Part shown: in pieces, positions 30,242 to 41,201 of the stretch
Layout of the letters: each line of letters begins with the position of its first letter
How positions within the stretch are numbered: position 1 is the stretch's first letter
From: an uncultured Phycisphaerales bacterium
GTDB taxonomy: Bacteria > Planctomycetota > Phycisphaerae > Tepidisphaerales > Tepidisphaeraceae
Assembly: GCA_963844715.1 (NCBI GenBank)
Contig: CAWJPJ010000006.1
Span: forward strand, 224,001 to 288,000
DNA length: 64,000 bases
Direction: 5' to 3'
Position numbers and translations under genes: made by a program
Notes under the pieces: generated by a model
Seen by the model: only the letters and a program-made list of their open reading frames with translations
The model's database searches: none
What the model was told of the DNA's origin: nothing

Positions 30242-33200
30242 CGCGAGGGGATAAAAAGACCAGATGAATGGCCGCCACTTTCGCCCCGGCGATGGTTTCC
30301 ATCGCGGCTCGGTAATGTTCCATTTGACCTTTATAAGTTTCCATACGCTGGCGCACGTCATCGGGCGTCAGGCGATCGGTTTTATAATCGACAATGGCGA
30401 CTTTGCCGCCGGCCTGACGAATCAGAAGATCGATCCGCCCGCGGATCATGGTCTGATCGGCCGCGTCGGCCGCGGGATCGCTTGAATAACCCATCGCGAA
30501 CGGAATTTCCCGAATGACATCGGATTGCCGGCGGGCAAGTTCCTTCGCCAGATCTGTGGAAAAGAACCACGCGAGGGCGGGGCGATCGATCAACGCGGCC
30601 TGCGCCGGCGAGAGGAATTTGCCGCGCGACCAGATCCTTGATCTGAGCCGCGATTCCCGCCTCGGAGGCGGCGGAAAAATCGCACAATTCCAGAAAACGA
30701 TGCGTCGCGGTTCCGATATCGGTCGGCTTGGGGGCAGCCACCGCCTCGAAGAAACTCGGCAGGTCAAGCTTTCGCAGCAGCCGCTCTTCCGGTCCTTCTC
30801 CCTCTAGCAGCGCCCGCGCTCTTATTCCCTCTCCCCTGTCCTCCGATAATTTCCGCAGGATGGGTGAGGGATAAACCGTCAGCAAGCACGTTGCCATTCC
30901 GCTTTGCCCTGGTGCTTACCGATTGAGCAGCGGGCACGACTGTCATCGCGGCGTGCGCATAGCTCTTACTGAATCGGCCTATGACTTGATCGGCCAGCCC
31001 ATTCGGCGACGGGGTACTGGCGAGCGGCTCCAGTTTCGCCATCGACTTCTGCCCCTCATCAAATCCCGCCTTCGTGCGGCTGGGATGCTTCCAGGTTTGC
31101 CACTCTTCCGGCTCGATCGTCGTTACGTCGAAAACGGGAGACTGCGATTGCCCGCTCATCCTCCATATCGGCCCAAGCCAAAAGATCGGCCCGCGCGCCC
31201 CCAGCACGACATCCGCCGGCAGCGCGCCGGTATGGTGCCGCCACAAATTCTCCCATTCCTCAAGCGCGGTGGCCCGGCAGGTCCCCACGCAAACCAAATG
31301 CTCCTTGGCACGCGTCATCGCGACGTAAAGCAACCGCAATTCCTCGGCGATCGTCTGCCTATGCAAACTATGCGAAACGAGAGTCGAGGAAACGGAGTCA
31401 TGGCGAATGAACCGGCGTTCGTCGACGACCTGCATCCCCAGGCCGGCGGCGCGATCCGCGAGAATTGCCCCTTGCGCATCCTTTAGGTTGTGAGCTTTTC
31501 CCAGATCAGGCAGAAATACAACCGGAAATTCCAATCCCTTGGCGCGGTGAATGCTCATGATGCGGACCACGTTTTGAGCATCCGCGGCCGGTGATGGGCG
31601 CTGAGGGTCCTGCTCTTGCCGGAGCGATTCCAAAAATCGCAGGAATCGCCCCAATCCCTGCCGAAGGAAATGACTGAACTGCGCCGCGCGATCGTGCAGG
31701 TCCAGAAGATTCGCGACGCGCTGCCGCCCGTCTTCTAGGCCGGACACATAGGCGAGATATCCCGTCTCTTGATAGATCGACCAGATCAAATCGGCGGCGG
31801 GGCGTTTGTTGGCCTGATCGCGCCAATCCTCCAACCGCGCAAAAAGCCATCGCAGATGCGCCGCCCATTCGTCGTTTTGCTCCTGGGCATATCGATAAAC
31901 CGCCTGATGGAACGGGATCTCCTCCGCCTCGTCGCGATACGCGAGGTGAATCCGCGCGAGGCACTCGTCGGGTTGGGGCACATCCGCCAGGGGACTGCGC
32001 AAAAAAGCGGCCAGGGGAATATCCTGCCGCTGATTGTCCAGAACGCGAAGGAGAGAGAGCATGTCGCGAATTTCAGCCGACTCGAAAAATCCGCCGCCGC
32101 CGTCGCTGTGAACGGGGATTCCCGCGGCCCGCAGGACTTCGGCGAAATAGTCCGCCTTAAATTTCATGGCGCGAAGCAGAATGACAATGTCGCCGAATTC
32201 GATTGGCTGCGGCGTCTGCTTGCCGGAGCCATCGGCGCGCATGACGCTCATCCGCGGCTTGCCGTCCAGGCCGCGCATCTCGCGAATGCGCTTTGCGAGC
32301 AGGAACGCCTCGTAATGCGCGCGAGTCAGTTCCGCGCCGGTATCGCCGGTGTCGGATTCGTCTTGCCCGTCGCCGGAGCGAGCGCCTTCTTTCAGGATGT
32401 GCAATTCAATCGGCGCGCCGGGGAAACAGTTTGTCGCGGGAAGTGTGGGGAAATTGCCGCGAGCCTGCAAACGCTGGGACTGGTCGTATTCGATCTCGAC
32501 GGCGCGGCGGGTCATCAGCTTTTCGAAAACAAAATTGATCGCCTCAAGAAGGGGCGCCCGGCTTCGGAAATTGTCCGGGAGATAGATCACCTCGCCGGCA
32601 GCGCCGGGTTTGGAAAACACCGCCTGACGCGAAAGAAACCGTTGCGGGTCCGACAGCCGGAAGCGAAAGATGCTCTGCTTCACGTCGCCGACGCAGAAAA
32701 GATTTCCCGGAACCTTGCGATCGGCAAGGCATTCGCGGCTCACGAGCGAGAGGATCGCATCCTGAATGTCATTGATGTCCTGATATTCATCCACCAGAAC
32801 GTGCTGGAACTGATCGTGAAACGCGCGGGCGACGGCCGTCGGTTTCCAGCCGGAGCCGGTCCAGGTTCCCAGAACCCGAAGCGTGAAACGTTCCAGGTCG
32901 GAAAAATCGAGGGCGCGTTGCTCGGTCTTCGCCGCTGCGTAATCGGTTTCGAAATCGGTGACCAACGAGAGAAACGCCTGGGCATGCGGCAGCACCTCGG
33001 CCATTCCCGCGCGCCACGATTCAGAATCGAACATCAGCAAACTCCGCAGCGATCCCTCTCGAATCTCGTCTTTGACCGCATCGAGGAGGGCCTTGGCGCC
33101 GGCTTTGCCGTCAATTGATTCAGATACGCGCGGGGCCTTGGGAATTTCAAAATCGCGAAATTCGCTGATGAGCATGTCCAGACCTTCGGAGTGGAATACT

Positions 33201-34009
33201 GTTTTCCAATGCTCGAAGGCCGCGCGCAGTTCGTCCAACTGATCGGCATACGCCTGAAGGGCGTTACCGCGCGATCGGATGGAGGCGGCGCTGTCGGAAG
33301 ATTGCCGCGACAGATCGGCCAGGGTTTGCTCGATCAACGCCAGCAGCTGCCTTCCAAGCCGGCTTTGGGCCAGGGGCACGTCGGCGGCTTGCCGGATGTC
33401 GGCCAGGGTGCGGGCCTTCCAATCTTCCGGATTGGACAGAGAGCAAAGAAGCTGATGGGTGTGGATGATCTTTTCGGACAGATGCCCGTCATCTCCCTGC
33501 CCGAAGGCGTCGACCAGGCGCGAAAAATCGCCGGTTTCGTCGGATTCGTATCGCCGCTCGAGCAGATCGGCCGCGGTTTCTGTGCGAATCAGATGGGCAT
33601 CGTCGCCGTCGAGAATTCGGAAATTGGGATCGAGCCCGACGAGATGAAAATTCTGGCGCAGGACATTCGCGCAGAAGCTGTGCACCGTGCTGATGCGGGC
33701 ATGCTCTACGAGATCGGCCTGGCGTTGGAGGCGGTCGGAAGGATTTTCCTCGAACCGCCGGCGCAGGGCCGCCTTGATTCGCGTCTTCATTTCCGCGGCC
33801 GCTGAGTCCGTGAACGTGACCACCAGAAGCCGAGCGACGTCGCAAGGCGGGTTCGCGTCGCAAACCAGATGTACGCAGCGCTGGGCAAGAACAGCGGTCT
33901 TGCCTGCCCCCGCGGCCGCACTCACCAGCAAACTCTTGCCGACGGTCGAAAACGCGTCCTTCTGCCGATCCGTCCATGGGCGCGAAGATGGATTCTGCGT
34001 TTCGCTCAT
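30225..34009 (-). CDS. addA: Helicase-nuclease subunit AddA (two frameshifts in the 3' part)
   Basis: SAAAGAGKT, DEYQD, VGDVKQSIFRFR, SIHRAKGLEF, LLYVAMTRA; nuclease motifs GTATH, GRIDL, VDYKTD, QMEHY lie in shifted frames. Confidence 0.92.
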
Positions 34010-37000
34010 TTCGAGACTCTCTCGATCATCTCCTGGCGATCCAGGCTCTCCAGGTGCTCATACCGACCCAGTCCGCGATCGAAGCGGCACACATCCTGAA
34101 GCTCACACCGAGCGCATGGTGATTGCCCGCCCAGCATGTACGGGCGGATGGAAATATTTCCGGTGAGAATTCCGTCGGCCAGCGCACCGATCTGATCCCG
34201 CGTGTGATCCAGAAGCCCGTTCAAGGCGGCTTTCTCGACCGCGTCGGACCTGCCGATATTTCCGATCCGTCCGTCCCGGGTCACGCTGACGTTCAATACC
34301 TGCGAGAGCGAGCCGGCAAACTGCTTGTCGAACCGCGTTACCGCGGCGATATCGACGATCCCGCGCGGCTTGTTTTGCAGGTGGAAGTTCGCCTCGTCGG
34401 GCGTCGGGGCCTTGGACGGGTCGTCTTGCTCGATCTCTCTGTCCAAGCCTACGGAAAACGCGGCGACGGGGGATATCTTGTCCTTTGAAATATGCCGGGC
34501 GTTCTCGCGCAGGGCGAGCAGATCGACAAGAAGCCGCAGGGTCACGCCGTGATATGCCGCGGCCGCGTGGAGCGCGCCGGTCTTGAGCCGGTAGTCGATC
34601 ACGGCCGCCAGTCCGTCGGGCGTGACATCGACGCGGTCGATTTTCCCGTGAATCAGGATTTGCTCGCCTCGCGGCGTTTGGATGTGAAGAGGCGGCATTC
34701 CGCCGGACTCGTCTCCAAAGGAAAGGTGCGCCCAGCGCGGTCGAAAATCGCCGCGCTGCGCGGCGGCGGATTGTTCGGCGGCAACGCGGCGCAGGGTCTG
34801 CGCCATACGGTCGATGAGATATCGGCTGCGCGAGGTCGGCAAAAGCAGTTCGCTGTTTAATCGTTCGGCCGCGCGCTCGATCAGGGCGGTCATCGCCTCG
34901 GGGGATTGCTGAATCTCCGCCCATGACAATTGCGATTGAATCAGCTCGCGCGTGATTTCTTTCAACACGTCGTGGTAGATATGGGAAAGATCGGATGGGC
35001 GCGTGCGGCGCTCCTGGCGGGCAATCAGGTGCAGCCCGTGCCGGGCAAAATGGCGATAGGGGCAGGCCCGGAAATCCTCAATCTGGCGAATGGGGACCTT
35101 CAAAGGCGAAGTAAATAAGCGCCCGGAGATTTCGTCGGGGAGCTTGGCTTCGTTCGTGTAGCTGAGGGATTTCCAGTGCCGGCGCGGGTGGCATCCAAAG
35201 GATCGGATTGCGGCGGCCGGCGCGCCAGCCAATCGTAAACCCTTCGCCAGGCGTCGGCGTCAGCCGGGTCTTCGTTGCGAACCCAGTGCATCAATCCGCC
35301 CAGCAATTGACGAGGCGTCGCCAGCAAGGAAAGCGGCAGCCGATCCTCGTTCGGTCCGAGTTCGATCGGGGCATGAGGGAACAATTCGCGCAAACGCAGC
35401 CAAAACGGCGAAGGCGCGACCGGCTGCCCGGGCTTCACGTGCCGCACGGAGCGCGTGAGGAGGAGGCGATCCGACGCCCGCGTGAACGCAATGTACGCGA
35501 GGAAATTCTCGTCGAGAAGCTGCCGCTGCGTGTTGGGTTCGAGATCGATTTTCTTTTGGTCCAGCGCCCGGCGATCGGAATCCGTGAAGACCGTCCCCTC
35601 GCGATTGAGCCGGGGAAATTGCCCTTCGCTAAGGCCCAGAATCGCGCACGCCTTGATCGGCGGCGTTCGCGTTCGATCGATCGACCCGACCAACACCTGA
35701 TCCACCGTCGGCGGGGCAATCGCCAGTTGCAAATCTTCGAGCGCCAGATCCAGAAGAGATTGAAAGTCCGCCAGATTCGTCGGCTGATCGCCCAGCAACT
35801 CCACCATCTCGTCAAACAGCGCGGAAATTTCGTCCCAGACGAGTTTGTGCTCGGCTTCTTCCTCAAACCGGTTACGGGCGCGAGCGCGATCCATCCATGC
35901 GGCGACGCACGCGCGGACTTTGAGGGATTCGAGCAATTTGAAAACCGCCAAGGCCATGCCGCGGATGGTTTGATTCTGCGTTTTCACCGATTGAACGAAG
36001 GGAATCAGCGGCCCGACCAATCGTTTGCGAAAGGACTCCGGCGCTGGGCGTCGATCGCTTCAGGTGAAGGTTCATCCGCGTCCTCACCCGCGCCGGCGAG
36101 CGTGCCACGGCTGAGCCGGTGTCCATAACCCGTGATCGATCCCTTGCTGAAGAACATAATTCTCCAGCTCGTCCGCCTCCTGCGGTTTCAAATCAGTCAG
36201 ATCGGTTTTAAGCAGCGCCAGAACCGCATCGCGTGGGAAATTTCCTTTGGCGACCACCAGTGCCGCGCGAATCAATCGCGGCAGGGGATGGTGTGCAGCG
36301 GTTCGACGGCGATCAATAAAGAATGGAATCCCATGTTCGTGGAAGGAGGCGTCGATAAACGAGCGGTAGTCCTCCTCCGTGCGCATCAGAACCGCAATCT
36401 CGCGATAACGCAGCCCCTCGGCCACGCGAGCTTGTATCCAGCGCGCGGCGGCATCGACCTCCGATCGGCGGTCGTCAGCTTCATTAAATTCGATCGATGA
36501 ATCAGAATCCGGTTTCCCGTCAATTTCGCGCTGCGATGATCCGCTGAAGTCGTGTTCCAGGCGCACTAAATCGGCCGTTTGAAATCGATAGAGCTTGCGA
36601 AGCGCCATTGAATCGTCAATTGCGATCTTCTGTTTTGACAGGGCGAACCAAAGACTTCGATAGGCCTCGATAGAGCGGCGCAGCGGATCGAGTTCGTGAG
36701 GGATCTTGTGGACGTCCGGAACGGACGGATGATCCGGATCGATCGTCAACGTCACAAATACGTGCCGGCATGTTTTGGCCAGGGCGGCGAGCACTTCCCT
36801 CTGGCGATGGGTGAAGTCAAAAAACGAATCGACATACACATCCGCGTCGCGCAACGACGGTGCCCGGGCGATGGAAGCCGTGGCATTGCCGAGGCGTAGA
36901 TGCGGGTCGAGGCGATCCTGGCCCAAAAATTCCGTGTAGGCTGAATAGATCAGATTGAGATCGTGAATCTTGGAATCCAGCGATGGGCTGGAGAATTTCC

Positions 37001-37433
37001 CCGAGTTTTCGTTCAGATCGGCGGCCGTGACCCCGCAGCGTTCCATTTCCGCCAGCGTCGCATCCAGTTTCGCCGCCATGCCTGGCTGGAGGGCGACCTG
37101 ATTGAAGAATTGAAGCCGCGGCTGGAGATGCCGAAGAACGTGCCCGAGAATCAACCGCCGCCCGATTTCGGAGATTTCCGCCGTCGCGGCGCCGCCGCAT
37201 TCCGTCAAAACATGCCGCCCGAGATCTTCGAACGAAAAGACCCGGCAGCGGAAATACCCAGGGAGTTTGCCGGAGCACGCCAGCTCTCGTTCTGCCTGAA
37301 AAGTCGCCTGTCGCGGCACGAGCCAGAAGATGGGTTTACCCAGAGGATCAGCCTGGCAAGCCTGAACGATTTGCTCCAGGCACCATGCTGTCTTGCCAGA
37401 CCCTGCCCGACCTAGGATGAATTTCACGCTCAT
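34006..37433 (-). CDS. addB: Helicase-nuclease subunit AddB (two or more frameshifts)
   Basis: ILGRAGSGKT, LVPRQATFQAE, YIAFTRAS, ACPYRHF, GKIDRVD and CARCELQDVCRFD Fe-S cysteines across ORFs 36084-37463, 35100-36020 and 34006-35232. Confidence 0.9.
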
Positions 37434-37496
37434 TTCCGAATCCGAACAATATCCTAACACCATACCTTTTTCGGGTCGGCGTTACAAATCGGAAAT

Positions 37497-38014
37497 TCAA
37501 AGATGAAACGGGGCGGCGATGCAAAGGATCAGGATGAACATCACCCCGCCGAATACGAATTTGGTCACGATCCCCAAAATTTCCCCTTGGCGGCCCCCAG
37601 CCCGATTTGAATGGATTCGATCGTTTGCCGCCCGTAGATCATTTCCATAATCGTCGCCCCGGCAAAGGCCCCGACGCAGATCCCGATGATGGTGCTAATG
37701 ATGGGAATCGGAACCAAACTAAGGAATATTCCCCCCAGGATTCCGCCCCCAAGTTCGCCGAATACGGCCGCCTTCCCACCTCCCGCCTTTCTTGCCGCCG
37801 CGCCTCCCCAGCCGAGATCAATGGCTTCCGCCACGGCGGACAGAACCAGCAGGGTGATCAGCGTATAGAGTCCGACAAAACGGAAATGCGTCAGGGCGGC
37901 GTAGCCGGCGGTGGCCGCCGTCATAAGCCACAGCCCCGGCAATGTAAAGGCGACCAGAACCAGACCGCCAACCAAAAAGAGGAAGAGAATCAGAAAATAG
38001 AGCCAGGGGAGCAT
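37497..38014 (-). CDS. DUF456-like membrane protein (frameshift near 37575)
   Basis: TLPGLWL, ARKAGGGK, Gly-rich TM helices; the last helix GIVTKFVFGGVMFILIL is in the adjacent frame. Confidence 0.8.
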
Positions 38015-38730
38015 TAAATGACAATCATCCGCGAAAGCCGCCAGATCGTCCATGCCATCAGCAGGAGGACGATGAACTCCAAAACCGTCAGAATGACTCT
38101 GCGCCAGTATCCCCGGCGGATTTTCCCGGCCGTGGCGCCCACGTCGGCGACGATCTTGTCTTCCGGCGGAGTCAGCGACGCATAGACGCCCGTCAGCACG
38201 GTTGCCTGGGCGTCAAACCCATCCCCGGCGATCTTTTTCAGGGCGTCCGTTGCTGCGGCGAGGTGATTCGATGCGGCCGTGATCGAACAATCCATGGCAA
38301 TCGCCAATTGCCGCAGTTCTAATCGCTCCCCCCGACTAAGCAGAAACGCCTCCCGCTGCTGCGGGGGGAGAATTCGCAAGGCCCGCACAAACGCGAGATA
38401 CGCCGGCGTCGGGCTCCCGACGTGCTGAATGAGATAATCGTTCTCCGGCCTGGGCGATGTCGCCCCGACGATTTCACGCGTGACAAGGATCGTGTGATGC
38501 AGGAACCAGTTGTCCGATTCCTGAGCCGTTTTCCATTTGGGTAGAAACTGGACGCACGAGCGCATGACGCGCTTGACGATTTTCCTGGCCGTCACGGGGC
38601 GCGTCGCCAGCGCATGAGCAACCCGGCAGACTTGCCCATATTGCACACGCAAAAGCCGGTTCAACGCCGCGGATTGCATTCCCGCCGCGGCGTGCACCAA
38701 GTCGTCTTTATCGAGCGAGTCAACCTTCAT
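38014..38730 (-). CDS. ECF sigma-factor-like protein with C-terminal transmembrane helix
   Basis: Region-4-like ALRILPPQQREAFLL...LRQLAIAMDCSITAASNHL; degenerate region 2; terminal VILTVLEFIVLLLMAWTIW helix. Confidence 0.65.
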   Translation of the reverse strand: MKVDSLDKDDLVHAAAGMQSAALNRLLRVQYGQVCRVAHALATRPVTARKIVKRVMRSCVQFLPKWKTAQESDNWFLHHTILVTREIVGATSPRPENDYLIQHVGSPTPAYLAFVRALRILPPQQREAFLLSRGERLELRQLAIAMDCSITAASNHLAAATDALKKIAGDGFDAQATVLTGVYASLTPPEDKIVADVGATAGKIRRGYWRRVILTVLEFIVLLLMAWTIWRLSRMIVI

Positions 38731-40329
38731 TCAATTGGTGGCTTGAATGCACACCGTCGCCGGTTTGATCCGGGCCACGATCTCCTCGGTCGTCATCTGG
38801 TGCATATCGGGCCCTGTGGCGGCGGGCTCTATAGAAATGTGATTCTTTGCCAGAAAAGTCCGGATATGCCCGCTGCTGATCCCGACGCCGTAGGTATCCT
38901 CGCGGTCGGATTCCGAGATCGTTTTCATCGAGACGATGGCCATGATATTCCCATATTGATCCGCGATCGGGCCGCCGCTGTTTCCGGGATTCACCTTCGC
39001 GTCGGTGAGCACGTCCGCGCCGTTGACATCGGTGTCGGCGGCCGAAGAGACGATCCCGCGCGTTACTTTGATATCCGAACCGAGACGATCGAGCAGCGGG
39101 AACCCGAGCACCACGCAATCCGCCCCATCCTGCGGGGAATCCGTCGGGCTCAGATGTGCGAAGCTGACCGGGTCCTTGGTTTTCACGCGAATCAAAGCCA
39201 GGTCCTGATCGTCGTCGATGGCCACCACCGTACCCGTTAACTGCTGACTGCCCATTACAACCAGAAGCGATTTACTTCCTTTGACGACGTGCCGGTTGGT
39301 GAGAATCAACCCGTCAGGAGTAATGAAGAACCCGCTCCCTTCCCATGCCCAATCCGGCGCCGCCGATTCATCCCCGCTGCCGGGCTGGGGCCGGGCGTCC
39401 ATCGGCGGCGGAAGAAACGTGAAGTCCCGCGTTGCGCCGGAGATGTTGTACTTTGCCGCCAGCAGATTCGACGCGTCGATCGCATCCCGAAATCGCGGCA
39501 ACGATTTCACGTACCCCGGCGCATCCTGGAGGGCGTTGACCATGTTCTGCACGATCACCTGTGAATCGCGAATCTGCACTGCCTTCTGGAAAGTATCGAG
39601 CGATTCGTCGTAATAGCTATGGAAGTAATAGACGATCGCCAAATTGTTCAGCGCCGGAATTGACTGCGGCTGAATGCGCACGGCCTCGGCGTAGTATTGC
39701 ATCGCGTCGTCGTACTGCTTTTCGTCCATCTCAATAAAGCCCATCAGAAAATTCGCCGTGAACGAATTGGGATATATTTTCAAAGCCCCTTTGAGCTTAT
39801 CGACGGATTGAAGCGTTTCATGCTGATTCCAAAGGTCCCATGCCTGATCGATGAGGTCGTTGGACTGCCGCACCATCTGCTTGAGTTGGTCCCCGCCGAT
39901 CCATCGCCCGTCGACTTTTTCCGCGTTCTCATCGGCCAAATCTTTCCAATGCTTCAACTCATCCTGAGCCAGCGATAGATCGGGGCTCGAAGGGTTGTCC
40001 TGGACAAATTCCTGCCAGATCGCAACGGCCGCCGACGGCGCCGCGGAAGCTTCGGCGCGATTGTGCGCTGCGCTGAATTCCGGAGTCGAGCCTGACGGGC
40101 GCCGGAATCGCCGGCAGCGCTGGAATCCGGCGTGTAGGACGCGACGTCCGCGGCCGCGATGAAATGCGATTGCCCGTCCGACGTCTTGACCCAATATTGC
40201 TCCCCCTGGGGGATGACGGTGCCATCGACTTCGGTGCCGTCCTTCAGCATGAGTTTCGCCGCTTGCGCAAAGCGGCGTCAGCAAGCCGACGATCGCCAGC
40301 ACGAAATAAATCAAGCGCCGCTGCGGCAT
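38731..40329 (-). CDS. Exported TPR plus trypsin-like serine protease (two compensating frameshifts near the 5' end)
   Basis: Signal peptide; TPR helices; catalytic triad motifs TNRHVV, DLALI, NPGNSGGP. Confidence 0.88.
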   Translation of the reverse strand: MPQRRLIYFVLAIVGLLTPLCASGETHAEGRHRSRWHRHPPGGAILGQDVGRAIAFHRGRGRRVLHAGFQRCRRFRRPSGSTPEFSAAHNRAEASAAPSAAVAIWQEFVQDNPSSPDLSLAQDELKHWKDLADENAEKVDGRWIGGDQLKQMVRQSNDLIDQAWDLWNQHETLQSVDKLKGALKIYPNSFTANFLMGFIEMDEKQYDDAMQYYAEAVRIQPQSIPALNNLAIVYYFHSYYDESLDTFQKAVQIRDSQVIVQNMVNALQDAPGYVKSLPRFRDAIDASNLLAAKYNISGATRDFTFLPPPMDARPQPGSGDESAAPDWAWEGSGFFITPDGLILTNRHVVKGSKSLLVVMGSQQLTGTVVAIDDDQDLALIRVKTKDPVSFAHLSPTDSPQDGADCVVLGFPLLDRLGSDIKVTRGIVSSAADTDVNGADVLTDAKVNPGNSGGPIADQYGNIMAIVSMKTISESDREDTYGVGISSGHIRTFLAKNHISIEPAATGPDMHQMTTEEIVARIKPATVCIQATN

Positions 40330-41111
40330 AGCGACTCCTTTGCCGGGTGCCCCGCGAGGCGCGGCAGAACATATTGCGTCACGCGCAATCGCTTGCCCAA
40401 GGCGTGCTCGATATGTGCCGAGAGAATCCGATTCACCGGGTCGGTCTGATGACGAGTCAGACGCGGCAGGCGATTTCGATCGGCGCTGGGAAGAATCTGT
40501 TGAATCAGTCGAAGCAGCCGAATGTCCAGACTCATCGCGTCCGGAAACGAATCACGGCATCGGGAGCAGACGATCCCGCCGCGCGCGGGGCTGAATCCGA
40601 CCACACCTCGTGAATCCGGCTCCGAAGAGCACGCAACGCAGATTCCGAGTTCCGGCAAAAAACCTGATTCGCGCAGCAGATCGAGTTGAAACGCAAGAAA
40701 CGCCTCTTCGCGCTGAGTCGTGCCCAGCAGAGGCAGCAGATTCTCCAGCGCGTCGAACACTGCCGGGTGCGGGTCACGTTCTTCGATCAGTGTGCCGAGC
40801 AATTCGCCGGCGTAGAGCGCGAGATAAAGCCCCCGGAGTTGCTTGCGCAGGCCCAGATTTCCCTCGCTGAGTTTCCATTCGGTGAGCGTGGCCAATTCGT
40901 GCGAAGCGTCGCCGGTGAAAACCGCTTGGCCGGAATCGAGTAGATCGATCCCTCCGTCAAATCGGCTGGCCCCCGCTTTGGTCCGGCGATGGGCCCCCTT
41001 GGCGATCAGCTGCAGAATCCCGTGCTCCCGGCCAAAAAGAGTGACGATCTGCGACGTCTCGCTGTACTCAGTCTTGCGCAGACAAATACAGCGGTCGGCG
41101 GCCAACGGCAT
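40311..41111 (-). CDS. recO: DNA repair protein RecO
   Basis: YSETSQIVTLF...GIL..IAKGA OB fold; CVAC...GGIVCSRC zinc finger; TATAAT 6 nt upstream of the ATG. Confidence 0.92.
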   Translation of the reverse strand: MPLAADRCICLRKTEYSETSQIVTLFGREHGILQLIAKGAHRRTKAGASRFDGGIDLLDSGQAVFTGDASHELATLTEWKLSEGNLGLRKQLRGLYLALYAGELLGTLIEERDPHPAVFDALENLLPLLGTTQREEAFLAFQLDLLRESGFLPELGICVACSSEPDSRGVVGFSPARGGIVCSRCRDSFPDAMSLDIRLLRLIQQILPSADRNRLPRLTRHQTDPVNRILSAHIEHALGKRLRVTQYVLPRLAGHPAKESLCRSGA

Positions 41112-41139
41112 GCCAACATTATAGTAGTCGGCGCCCAAG

Positions 41140-41198
41140 AGTTGCCAGTTGCTCCGATTTGCATCCACTGGCAACTGGCAACTAACAACTGGCAACTA
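41140..41198. repeat. Family A heptamer element with partial inverted copy
   Basis: 32-mer at 41167-41198 identical to 4352-4383; agttgccagttgc at 41140-41152 is its inverse. Confidence 0.88.
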
Positions 41199-41201
41199 TT
41201 C

